Part shown: piece after piece, positions 13,051 through 25,239 of the stretch
Layout: each line of letters starts with the position of its first letter
Position numbering within the stretch: the stretch's first letter is position 1
DNA from: Octopus sinensis
Lineage: Eukaryota
Length of the DNA: 64,000 nt
Reading direction: 5' to 3'
Assembly: GCF_006345805.1 (NCBI RefSeq)
Contig: NC_043003.1
Location: 81,344,001 to 81,408,000 of the forward strand
Translations under genes and position numbers: made by a program
Notes under the pieces: model-generated
Seen by the model: the letters and a program-made list of their open reading frames with translations, nothing else
Told to the model about the DNA's origin: nothing
Databases searched by the model: none

Positions 13051-14673
13051 GCAAATTGAACTGTGTATTGGCTGTGACCCATCGCTTTTGCTTTTAAATT
13101 ACCAACGGTACGGTTTTCAGAGTATGCCATGTTGCATTAAAATTTTACCCCAGTGAAATTTTGACCCCTATATTTTACAAATAAAATAATTCTTTTTACA
13201 ATATTTTTTTTTGTTTTCTTCATATGAAATTGTGACCACGTATATTTTAAAATATTTTTTTTCTGTTTATGGAGAAAATAGAAAAGTATGAGTGAATATC
13301 TATTTTATGAGTGCTGTCTATTAAGTCTATAAAATTGTGCATAAAGTATATAAAATATATATATAAGTGCATTAAGTAATCATCGTATTCCAATTTCCTT
13401 CACTTTTCAATGAATAGCAGATGAGCGACTATCTTTTGATGCAGACACAACACAGGCTATGCTTTCAAGGCTTTTAGATAAAGTTATCAGAAATAACCCA
13501 ATAGGTTTAATATTAACTCTATGAAATATTCACAACTAGTCTATAATAATAAAAACTAGAGAATCTAGATAATCTCTATTCAAGAAAATATCTACAATAT
13601 ATAATTACTAATACAGACACAATCTTGACATTTATGGTTGAGGGTTCACTTGATGCTATTCCACTGCCAGACACAAGGCCTGAAACTTAAAGTGAGGGAA
13701 GTAACTGATGTCAATTTACAGCCCAAATATGTTTTATAGTTTTACCAAGATTGATTCCCTGCCTGTCCACCATCCTGATATTTACCGTTTTGCAGCTTGG
13801 TAGTATTTTCTTTTAGCTACTTTAGAAACTCGACGTGTAGAGAGTTTTTTACCCCCAAGAATCATCATATTCTTTAATTTCGCTTGTGCTAAGCATACTG
13901 TTTCATCTGTTGAAAGGTTATATATTTTAGAATTCATAAAAAAGCATTTGATATTACCATTTCAAATAATATTTATTTCATGATTATAACCAAAGAAAAT
14001 CAAGAAAAGAATAATAATAATCCTGCTTGCAAAAGAAAGAGATGTTTTGCTATTTAGGTAAAAAAATCGTGTACGTGTTCTTCAAAATAAGAAAGGTAAA
14101 AAAATCCACAGAAAGGCCAACTTTACAAAATATTTTTCCTGTGAGTTTTTTTTTTATTCACTGATACATAGAGCATTTTTTTTTTTTTTTTTTGTCAAAA
14201 TTTTCTAGAATGCTATGTTATCTACCGATTCTAATACTGCTTATAATGATTATGATGTTACATGTCATATAGTTCCTTCGTGTTGTTTTCTAAAATGGCA
14301 TAAAACTTAAAATTTAATGGAAAGCCAGTACTTGACAGCTATTTTATTTTATCAATTTCTAGCGTTGTTAAAGGTACAGTAGACCGTTACAAAATTTTAA
14401 TATAGAATGTAAAAAGGTCTAACAAAATGCTGCAAGATATTTTTTCGGCACTCAACTATTTCTACTAGTTCACAGCCTTTATTTTGTATATTGTTTACAA
14501 TGTACTGGTAGATTTAATCTGATGTAAGTGGTGTAAAAAGGTGGATTTGATCGAGGGGCAAATTTAAATTTAAAACCATAATTGAAGAGCATTGGCAATT
14601 TAAAATATCAGAGTCCGAGAAATTTAAGAGTGGTCTACGTCGATCAAAAGTATTTTAAAAAGTCACAAGTTTG

Positions 14674-14846
14674 GAGTCCGCTGCCCTAACCACTGGGCCA
14701 TTGCGCCTCCACAAGTAACGTAATGAGAAGCAGAATTATTATAAGACGATGTAAGGTGGTGAACTGGCAGAAACGTTAGCTGTGGTGCAGGTGGCGATCT
14801 TGACGTGCTGTTGTAACCCTAGTCGGCCTCTGCGTGGATGATCATC
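14674..14846 (-). repeat. Exact 173-bp inverted duplicate of 11996-12168
   Basis: Base-by-base reverse-complement identity by eye. Confidence 0.92.
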
Positions 14847-15756
14847 AATTCGTATGTTGATGTGAGTAGTGATGCTTAGAAAAGTTCTTTTTTGAAAGAA
14901 ACAATTTAGAGTTTTAGAATAGCTGTAAGCAAATTAATTTCATGAAGGTACAAGAGAGAGAGAGAGAGACAGACAGAGAGAGACAAATAGACAGACAGAC
15001 AGAGTAGATAAGAAGGAAGAATAAGAGTAACAACATAAAAAGGATGTCGCAATAAGTCTAGAGTGGTGAAACAAAAGGAAGTTCATGGAAAAGACAGTTA
15101 TTTGTTATAACAAAGACTAATATCTAATTTTAATGGGGTGGTATTAAAACATTGCAGCGGATTAAAGAGAGTGCAATTGGTATGTGTATATATGAAGTTT
15201 ATTTCGAAAATAATGTAGAAATGGGCATAATTCTTTAATTGAATGTCATAGGTCATTCAAATCGCATATGTAGGTAGAATAAATTTTACTCTATAAAAAG
15301 ATTCTTTTCTACATAGTTTCTTTCACATGTTATATGCTTTTGCTATGGTAGAACCCAACTATTAAACTTACTTTGTAAAATATTCAGATATGCACTATAT
15401 TAACCACTTTATTACAGACAATTTCCCTTTGTATTTTCAAATCGTTGTTCCGAAAAGTGTTCTACATTAGACAGAACCATGCAGAAGTCAGAGAATCCCA
15501 GATGCGGAGTGTACGGTGCATATGGGAACACTGACAGGCTCATTGCTTGATTTTTACCGAAGATGTGTTTGGCTTCACATAGTCATAGTGAATGCAGATC
15601 ATTTCTAATCCGTCTTCGTTCTCCTCTTCCTAATAGCTTCTCTAAGCAATTTTGGTGTCTTAGATTACTACTCACTGTTTACCGGCCTAGCGTGTTCAAG
15701 AGAATGAAAGAGAATACAATATTTTCATCCCAAAATAAGTCATCATCATTATCTGT

Positions 15757-16026
15757 ACTTTCCATAGACTGTGCCTCCGTTTCTGAATCATTGAGATACA
15801 GCCAAATTCCACCCCATGCCACCAGATTACAAAAAAAGAATAGCTTTTCTTTGGCCTGGAACGCTTCCGGTAAATCAGAGCATCATTCCACCCACTTCTC
15901 CTTCAATTTAAGTGCAAAATGATAATGGAACTCTGCACACACTTTCTGAAACTTAATATCTTCGACTAACTTTTGCAATATATTGTGACCACAGACTAGT
16001 AATACAGCGAACTCATGGATTGTCAT
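15757..16026 (-). mobile_element. Decayed mariner transposase fragment
   Basis: Minus strand MTIHEFAVLL...FQKVCAEF...KEKWVE*CSDLPEAF...NLVAWGGIWLYLNDSETEAQSME, resembling mariner RKVCARWVP...RIVTGDETW.....PETK.QS.EW. Confidence 0.7.
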
Positions 16027-16148
16027 TTTGTGTCTCAGCGGCGATTTGTGTCAATGATCGCATTTAATGACCTCCTACTACGTGTTTTGGTTTCGATGCC
16101 ATTTTGACTTTCCTTTAAATGCTTTATCTCCCTGTACACATTGCTCTG

Positions 16149-16150
<2 letters not shown>

Positions 16151-16229
<79 letters not shown>

Positions 16230-16230
16230 A
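16151..16230. repeat. (TA)n, left flank of fold-back element
   Basis: Directly visible. Confidence 0.95.
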
Positions 16231-16413
16231 TAAAAGGCTTAGTAAAATAAATTACTTTGCCGCATACTGAACTCATTAGAAATAGCAGCTAAAAAAACTT
16301 TTTTTAAAACTATTTCTAATACTTAAAGAAAACCTCTCTCATATAGTGTTTGCTCAATTCAACTCACGCAAATATGGGGGTAGAGACATTAAAAAATCAA
16401 GTGCAAAGGTTTT

Positions 16414-16466
16414 TGAGAACGTACGTTTCAAGATTAGTCAAAGTCGACATTTCTATCATCAGCTCA
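16414..16466 (-). ncRNA. Minimal type-I hammerhead ribozyme motif, copy 1
   Basis: Minus strand tgag-CTGATGA-tagaaatgtcgactttgactaatctt-GAAA-C(gtac)G-TT-ctca. Confidence 0.65.
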
Positions 16467-16971
16467 GAACTCCCTGGTTTGGATTTGAAAACACTGAAAG
16501 TGGGAGCATACCCTTTCGGCTTCCTCTCGCTTCTGAAGATCTGCTCGTAACTAACAGTGCCAACAAACTCAAAAATGCAAGCGAAGAATTTCTGCTCTCC
16601 CCTTTCCACCAGCGTGGGTTAAAATCAGTAAACACTATGCTTTTTTCGGTAAAATCCGCGGCATTATATAGAGAGAGATGAATTATAATTTCAACAATTG
16701 AGGGTAAAATTAATTAATTAATCAATTTCACCAAGTATTCAGTATGCAAAGGGACCATTTAAGGCGAATTCAAATTATTACATTATATAAAAGGGCTTAG
16801 TAAAATAAATTACTTTGCCGCATACTGAACTCATTAGAAATAGCAGCTAAAAAAACTTTTTTAAAACTATTTCTAATACTTAAAGAAAACCTCTCTCATA
16901 TAGTGTTTGCTCAATTCAACTCACGCAAATATGGGGGTAGAGACATTAAAAAATCAAGTGCAAAGGTTATT

Positions 16972-17024
16972 TGAGAACGTACGTTTCAAGATTAGTCAAA
17001 GTCGACATTTCTATCATCAGCTCA
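16972..17024 (-). ncRNA. Minimal type-I hammerhead ribozyme motif, copy 2 (overlaps the fold-back loop)
   Basis: Identical to copy 1. Confidence 0.65.
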
Positions 17025-17569
17025 GAACTCACGACTTTGACTAATCTTGAAACGTACGTTCTCAAATAACCTTTGCACTTGATTTTTTAATGTCTCTACC
17101 CCCATATTTGCGTGAGTTGAATTGAGCAAACACTATATGAGAGAGGTTTTCTTTAAGTATTAGAAATAGTTTTAAAAAAGTTTTTTTAGCTGCTATTTCT
17201 AATGAGTTCAGTATGCGGCAAAGTAATTTATTTTACTAAGCCCTTTTATATAATGTAATAATTTGAATTCGCCTTAAATGGTCCCTTTGCATACTGAATA
17301 CTTGGTGAAATTGATTAATTAATTAATTTTACCCTCAATTGTTGAAATTATAATTCATCTCTCTCTATATAATGCCGCGGATTTTACCGAAAAAAGCATA
17401 GTGTTTACTGATTTTAACCCACGCTGGTGGAAAGGGGAGAGCAGAAATTCTTCGCTTGCATTTTTGAGTTTGTTGGCACTGTTAGTTACGAGCAGATCTT
17501 CAGAAGCGAGAGGAAGCCGAAAGGGTATGCTCCCACTTTCAGTGTTTTCAAATCCAAACCAGGGAGTTC

Positions 17570-17622
17570 TGAGCTGATGATAGAAATGTCGACTTTGACT
17601 AATCTTGAAACGTACGTTCTCA
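17570..17622 (+). ncRNA. Minimal type-I hammerhead ribozyme motif, copy 3
   Basis: CTGATGA 17574-80; GAAA 17607-10; stem III C-G with palindromic GTAC loop; GUU triplet ending 17618; stem I TGAG/CTCA. Confidence 0.65.
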
Positions 17623-17906
17623 AATAACCTTTGCACTTGATTTTTTAATGTCTCTACCCCCATATTTGCGTGAGTTGAATTGAGCAAACACTATATGAGA
17701 GAGGTTTTCTTTAAGTATTAGAAATAGTTTTAAAAAAGTTTTTTTAGCTGCTATTTCTAATGAGTTCAGTATGCGGCAAAGTAATTTATTTTACTAAGCC
17801 CTTTTATATAATGTAATAATTTGAATTCGCCTTAAATGGTCCCTTTGCATACTGAATACTTGGTGAAATTGATTAATTAATTAATTTTACCCTCAATTGT
17901 TGAAAT

Positions 17907-17910
<4 letters not shown>

Positions 17911-17980
<70 letters not shown>
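17911..17980. repeat. (TA)n, right flank of fold-back element
   Basis: Directly visible. Confidence 0.95.
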
Positions 17981-18331
17981 CATCCGTAAGCAACCTGGGG
18001 TCTTCTGTAGACTTCGGAAAGCTTACACACCTACTTCGTCAAGAACTCACTGACGACAAGTTGCTTCTGCTTGAGACCCGTTATTCGCCAACAGCGAAAA
18101 ACAGGAAGATTACTATAGAGAACATGTTACTCTAGTAATATGTCCATACAGGCGTATGACCTGCATCGGTCAACGAAAAAGCTTTGTCCAACTTTCTCAT
18201 TACTACGTTCCAACCATTTATATATATATATTTATATTCCCTCAAATTATTATTATATATATATAATATATATATATATATATGTATGTAAGTGTGTTTG
18301 CGTCTATCTAGCTTTCTTTCTATCTCACTCA

Positions 18332-18391
<60 letters not shown>

Positions 18392-18429
18392 TTTGTGTGT
18401 ATATGTGTATGCATTGTGTATGTAGAAAC

Positions 18430-18880
18430 TAAAAATTATAAACCTACGAAATTTATGAAGCTACTTACCTTCCTGCTACACCCAAAGCAAAATTCTTTAA
18501 CCAGTAAAAACTGGATTACCTTACAAGCTTCAAATATAGAAGAAGCAATGCAATTTCTATGGACTACCTAAAATACATAACAAAATAATTAAGGAAACAA
18601 TGTAATGGAGCGCAAACCAATATAGTGATTATCCCACCACCATTCGATCTAAACCTGTGACCCATTGTTGCAGGTCCGTCGTGTGAAATGTGTTGCTTAA
18701 ATAATTTCCTAGACATTCTACTAAAGACTTCCTCAAGCACATAAAGAGCTTCATGCGTAATGATTTGGATACCATCAACAATCTACCAAACACTATAAAA
18801 TAAAACAACTATATTGTTACATTCGATGTCATGAAACTATAATATATATTGTCACATGTTCATGTCTGCAAGTAAGATCG
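18430..18880 (+). mobile_element. Penelope-like element reverse transcriptase fragment (decayed)
   Basis: LDYLTSF...FYGLPKIHN (from 18555)...DLNL*PIVAGPSCE...LNNFLDILLK/LKHIKSFMRNDLD...LP...IVTFDV matches the PLE RT FYGLPKIHK / LRPIV / FDV motifs. Confidence 0.85.
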
Positions 18881-21800
18881 TTCTAAACATTAGGATAAAA
18901 TCTTTTTTCTGTTGGATGTGACTGGATCCATGGTTTGTTCCAGCCACAGACATCACTAGCAGATTAATAGAGTGTAAGGACAAATTGAAATGACTGGCAA
19001 TGAAATTGTTACAGCTGACAAAGAGATCTTTTTTATACATAAAAAAGCATTGGGGAATATTATGCAGTGTAATATTATCATGTCGCGTTTGTTTAGCACT
19101 AGGTCAACCCTGAGTGATCATAGATATGACCAAATGCGTTATAGCCATGACCATAGCATGGCTCAGAGTACATTATCTAATGGTTGTTTCCGGTTTTGTA
19201 TGATTGGATATAAAATGATAGAGATTTTACTTCTATTTCTTAGCAGATTGGGTGATTTCATAGAGGTTCCTTCGTTGGTTGGCTAATTGGCTGGCAGACT
19301 GGCTGGTTTGCTGACTGGCTGACTGGTTGGTTGGTTGGTTCGTTCGTTCGTTAATTAGTTCATATACTATGCAGTATATGAGGTGATGGAGGAAGTGTTG
19401 AGCAACTAGGGTTGCTATTTCGCATTCTAATTCATGACGTAATAATAGTAGTTTTGTGACTAGAGTTAGGGGTGACTTTGTAACATTATCTTTTTCAAAA
19501 ATATAAAAGAAAGTTGTTTCCAAATAGAAGGCAAGTTAAATTTTCGACAAGCGTGTGCCACCAAATATTTATGTATAGATCTAGGTAACTATAGATGTGT
19601 AGAGCAGTTTTGCAATTTATCAAAACTTTTAGCTCTTCTGTGTAGTAACTATTCATGGGCTATCACACTTTTATTACTCGATCGACATGGCTGCCATATA
19701 CCCATTTATATTTCGCTAGAAAACTATTAATAATTCAAGTGTGTACCCAACAGTTCCAAGTTAAGTTTATCCACGTATCAAGACACTACGTCAATATTCC
19801 AGAATGCTTTTTGTTGTTGTTTTTATTATTTTTGCTATTTTTTTTATCGCACTTAAATCTCGCTGCCTTTGTGAGAGTCTTCCTACCTTGATCTTCTTTT
19901 CTCTAAAGGAATATATCCAAACCGGTTTCTATAACAACTGAAAGAAATATTAACCTCTTATGTTGTTCTCTACTTGACAAGATATAGCGAAATCAAATAC
20001 GGTATAAGCCACATCTCTCGGAGAATATCTGTCAGAATAGCCGTCCTGATATCAATAAATGAATAATGTCTCCATGAAAATAATAACAAATTACAGGATA
20101 TAGACATGAACAAGCAATTCATTGCCGTTGCTAAAAGAAGTAATCCTTCAATAGAGAGAAAGAGACAGAGACATTCATGAAGGTAGGGAGAAGAGATAGA
20201 GAAAGACAGGAAGTAAGAGACAGACAGAATCAGGCAATCAAATAAGAAGATATATTGAGGGAAACGAGGAAAGATAAAGTGGAAAATATTTCTGGAACAA
20301 CATATGTCATTCATACGACAAGTTATTTTATAAATAGATATTTAACGATATGAACGTGGCTCAACTATTGTAATAAAGTACATTAATGAATTACATTCGC
20401 TTGACTCGATCAGTCGACTTAAATAGATACAATTCCGAAATTGGCATGCTTGATAGAATGAAAATGGTTACATCGTGTCAAACTAACTTATATCGTTAGT
20501 GATTGACTCAATATTAATTGGCAACATTCCTATTTTGTTAAACTCAATGTCGCTTATAAATTCAGACACCATTACAAAATATTAAATTATGTAAACTTTT
20601 CTCACTCAATGAACTACTGGTAAGATAAGTATAGAAAGTTTAAAATAAATGGAGTTCTGCATATGCCATAGATCTTAGTTATTCCACATATCGCTCTGAA
20701 ACATTGCTGTTACGTTAACTTGCTTTAAAAAGAAATATATAATTGAAAATATTTCTAATAATATATGTCTGTGTGCATGCGTGTATATCGTTTTTTTTTT
20801 CTTTTTCTTAAGCCTACGTACTAAAGACTAGCATTTAGATTAAAGCAAAATTGGTATTTGTGTCTTTCATACATTTATCTACAGGCCATTGCTATACTTC
20901 TGACAGGAATTGAGAAAGCCAATGAGTACATTAGACACAGCTTGCAACAAGTTAACATCTTGTACAAAATCTGTGATAGACATGCTATTACGATATATTT
21001 ATAGTAGATGATGTAATAAAATATTGATAATCTCATACAGAAATATTTAGCTATGACTACAAAATGCTGCTTCTTTCACAGTGTAACTGCACTGAGTGAT
21101 TTTATTCATTAATTGCAGCCCTTTCATAAAATACTTGAAACTATAACTGAAGTATATAAACATCATAAACTCTTTCTTTCACTTCTTAAAACATGACGCT
21201 TCGTACCTTAGACAAGAAACATTTACTGTGAGAAAATACTTTTAATAAGAATCCAGTGGCGTCAATCGTTGATATCACATGCCTCGTGATTTCTAATATG
21301 TGTCTCAAAAGTTTCCTGTTTCATTTAGCAGAGAGGTGCAGTTATATGGTATGCTGTTTAATAAAGAAACCTTTGCCCATTTTGTGTAATTATGACTTCA
21401 CTTTATCGAATAAGAAATATGCTACAACACAATAACACGATCCAAAATTCATTTGAAGAGAATATTGCATATCTTTAAAAAATGCTACTCGTCATTATTA
21501 TTATATATACAATGTTATTTAATCTTGTAGCAATGTATTTCCCTTGATACATTGTGCAATATCTAAACGGTTGTTAGATTTTATGAGAATTCACATTAAC
21601 GTATCACAGAATTGCGTGTTAGTGCTCTTTCCTTTTTGATCATTGTATTCATGCTAGCCACTGTAGCGCAAAATCCCATACAGTGACCTCATTAATAAAC
21701 TCTTTAAACTTGTTTGAATTTCTTTTATAATGATTTGCTACAGATGCTAGACTACAGATCGATATTATGCAGAATTTACGTGATATTAAATAAATCAGAA

Positions 21801-22779
21801 GACATTTACAGTAAATACTTACACTGACATCAGTATTAATGGACCTGGGGTCAAACAGGTCCGAGCAAGCCGGATAAGTTTCTACTGAGTAAGATATAAA
21901 TGTTCTTTCTCAGCCATTTCTTTAAGACATTCTGCTATGTTTATGCACTATCTCTCACCATCGCATTAGTTACAATATTACAACTACTTGCCGTCTTCCT
22001 TAAAGGAGAAAATGGCCAACAAAACACTTCATCTGTATTTATAGATTTTTTTTTTACTCTGTATCAAAGCAGTTCTTCCAGTATTATTTCTTCAAACTCT
22101 TGTCAGTGTACACTTGGTTGTTGTATTTGAAAAGGTTTTTCTTTTTCAATTTCATTAAAAGAACGGCAGAGAGAATTTTACAATGAGATAATAACCTTGT
22201 AATTTCCTGATGATAGGCAGCCGATAATGGAAACCAGGAAAAATTTCAAACGAAAGAGAGTAAAACGAGGTGAAGAAAGAGAAAACGAAATAAAATACTT
22301 AAAAGTTACTATTTGGTTTCCTCTTTCAAATTAGCAGTTTGGTAACCATTCAATGCAAATGTGAATAAAACATGCCACTTCTTGAATTTCTATGTCAGTA
22401 CCTCTCCACCTGGAGACACTGGTCTATCCAACAAGCACTGAAGAAGAATTTCTTGAGAAAAATAAATTTTTTGATTAGAGGAAGAATTGCAGGAAAATTT
22501 GATTTTATATAAAAATAACTAAATTCTTCCATTAAAATAATTTGTTGGATTTGTTGAAAAGCATTTGAGTAATTGTCAGTACCTTAAATTCCTATGGGGA
22601 GTCGTTCTCTTTTAATAATACATGCATTATATACCTTATGTATTTTATGTTTCTTTTCCTTTCGTTTTCTCTTTTCCTTGATATAGTTCTTCCCACTCTA
22701 CTTTGTTCTCTCTTCGTTATGTCCCTCTCTCATTGCAATTATGGAAAATAAAAAAAGTTATTGAAGATTCACGAGGATA

Positions 22780-23160
22780 ACTGAAAACTTGTGGTATTTG
22801 TTCTGAATCTTCATGCTTTGAGTTGAATTACCTGTCTTTCAGCATTTCAGGGTCGATAAAATAAATATCAGTTAAGCTCTGTATCGATGTAATCAACTTA
22901 CCTCCTAAAATTTTACTAGCCTTGTGCCAAAAATTAAGATGAATTATAATTTAATTCTACCACTTGGCGGTGAGACGGTAGAACCGTTAGCAAGTCGGGC
23001 AAAATACTTAGCGGCATTTTGTCTGCTTTTATGTTCTGAGTTCAAATTCCGTCAGTCTTTTCGGTGACAATAAAATAGGTACCTGTTGAGCATTGGGGTC
23101 TATGTAATCGACTAGCTCCCACCCCCAAAATTTCAGGTGTTCTTCCGATAATATAAAGAA
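22780..23160 (+). mobile_element. Two diverged SINE family B copies
   Basis: GGGTCGATAAAATAAA core; GGCGGTGAGACGGTAGAACCGTTAGC head near 22966. Confidence 0.75.
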
Positions 23161-23679
23161 TTATAAACAATATAACTACGGTTTCGATATGCACATTATT
23201 CGAGTCCCTTTCTTTTTCTCTTTCTTCTTATGTTTAGTAGTTGAATCTTCTATAGATTCGTTAGACGCATAAGTCCTGCAGTTTTTATTATGCATTTTAA
23301 AGCATCCGTTTAATGATTTCCCAGGTACGTATCATTATTATGAGATTCATTCCATTTTCATTTCACTCATTCCGGTTATCTCCTATTTCTAATCGATTAT
23401 TATATTTTAAACAGTTTCTCATCTACTTCTGGAGAAATATTGTCGATTCTAAGACTTGCTTCCTCAATCAGGCACAATTTATTTTGCTGGTGATCTTTGA
23501 CAATACTGTCTGGTTGATGTTACATAATTACTCAGTTTGTGTGAACTGTTAGATTTCAGAGCAGAATCACGTTCTCATATTGTATGATCTTTTCTAGTGT
23601 TTATTTTTATCTTTATTCTGTAGTCTTTTCATAATATCAGTGTAATTCCATGTATATGACATCCCGCAACTCTGTCATA

Positions 23680-24022
<343 letters not shown>

Positions 24023-24228
24023 GTAGGTAGGTAGAGATACTCTTTGGCTAAGAAATAATGTCATTGAGATTTTTACCTCCGGACCGCCACACAGTTACTT
24101 ATATTGTTAATGTATTTACTTTTGGTATTGGTTTCTTTAAAAACTTTAGATGGTTTCTAACAGAATATTACTCTTAAATAATAGTCAGGATGGTAAATAG
24201 TGACAATAACATTTTGTAGGCTTCTAAT

Positions 24229-24363
24229 ATATTTGAAAAGGAGAAAGGAAGGTCTCTTCAAACTAGAGAATTTGTCTGACTGCTTGCAATTAGGCATATT
24301 TGAAAAGGAGAAAGGAAGGTCTCTTCAAACTAGAGAATTTGTCTGACTGCTTGCAATTAGGCA
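24229..24363. repeat. Perfect 67-bp tandem duplication
   Basis: ATATTTGAAAAGGAGAAAGG...GCAATTAGGC at 24229 and 24296. Confidence 0.95.
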
Positions 24364-24734
24364 GTCTCCATTAAAAGCACACGAGATGCTATGCAAATAA
24401 ATGCTTATAGTATTAAACCGAGCGATGGATTTGTCTACTTCCCCAGTCTGTCGAATAGCGTCGAAAGAAATACTGCAAAGTACCCGATTCCAAGTTCTCA
24501 TAGTTCCATTGAGCCATCCTCCTGTATTGGCACTTTTATTATTGCTCCATAAGAATAGAATGTGAAATTGATCCCGACAATATTTTGAATAACAAAACTC
24601 TAGAGCCAGGCGAAACACCACATTGTATTCTATTCGATGCTCTTACAAACCTATTAATTCACCGCCAAGTGCCAAGATCAATCATTTTGTTTTACCTTTA
24701 AGTCCTGCGTCTCTCAAAGTATACTGAGTTGTTG

Positions 24735-25239
24735 TTGTTGTTCTTCTTCTTCCTCTTCTTCTTCCAATCAAAACTTACACCATTAGCCACAAAGAATAAT
24801 CTCTAATTCGAGCCTACTCTAAGCTACTAAGAACGCGTGTGGTAACTTGAAGAACCACCAACCACACGCGATAGACTGGCGGTTGCACGGGCACAAAAGC
24901 TACGTTGTTATCCTCATTCTGTAAACGGTGGCTTTTAACGGGTGGAGACCTGAACCATCCTGGGGTACAGAGGATTCGCTAGACTAGGGTCTGAAAGTTT
25001 ACCACACCATAGTGAATTACACCATGGTTCCTCTGCTTTGTGGCAGAAGTAGGACGAAAGAGTGAGAGAAAGTTCTAGTGAAAGAGTACAGCGGAGTTCA
25101 CCACCCCTCCCCGTCGGAGCTTCGTGGAGCTTAGGTGTTTTTGCTCAATAAACACTCACAATGCCCGGCTTGGGAATCGAAACCGCGTTCTTACGACCGC
25201 GAGCCCGCTGTCTTAACCACAGGGCCATTGCGCCTACAC
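24735..25239 (-). mobile_element. tRNA-derived SINE family D, tail type 2 (long structured tail ending in (AAG)n/(AAC)n), with TSD
   Basis: Head homologous to 12130; TSD ACTGAGTTGTTG at 24723-24734 and 25240-25251. Confidence 0.85.

Larger units (their letters stand above)
16231..17910. mobile_element. Head-to-head fold-back made of tandem 558-bp hammerhead-bearing monomers (candidate retrozyme / non-autonomous Penelope-type element)
   Basis: Direct period 558 (AGTAAAATAA at 16241 and 16799; CGACTTTGACT at 17032 and 17590); 16231-17004 is the reverse complement of 17032-about 17806; (TA)n on both sides. Confidence 0.85.

Noticed and set aside
12873-13097. PIF1-like helicase host gene
   Set aside because: Isolated, frameshifted C-terminal piece typical of Helitron relics
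15563-15922. 119-aa ORF on +
   Set aside because: Largely the antisense shadow of a decayed mariner transposase
16346-17687. 110-111 aa ORFs in the 558-bp unit
   Set aside because: Non-ATG starts, frame differs between copies because of a 1-bp indel, no recognisable domain, and antisense to the hammerhead
22201-22246. CTGATGA...GAAAC as a functional hammerhead
   Set aside because: No U-H cleavage site and no stem II closing onto GAAA; at most a decayed relic
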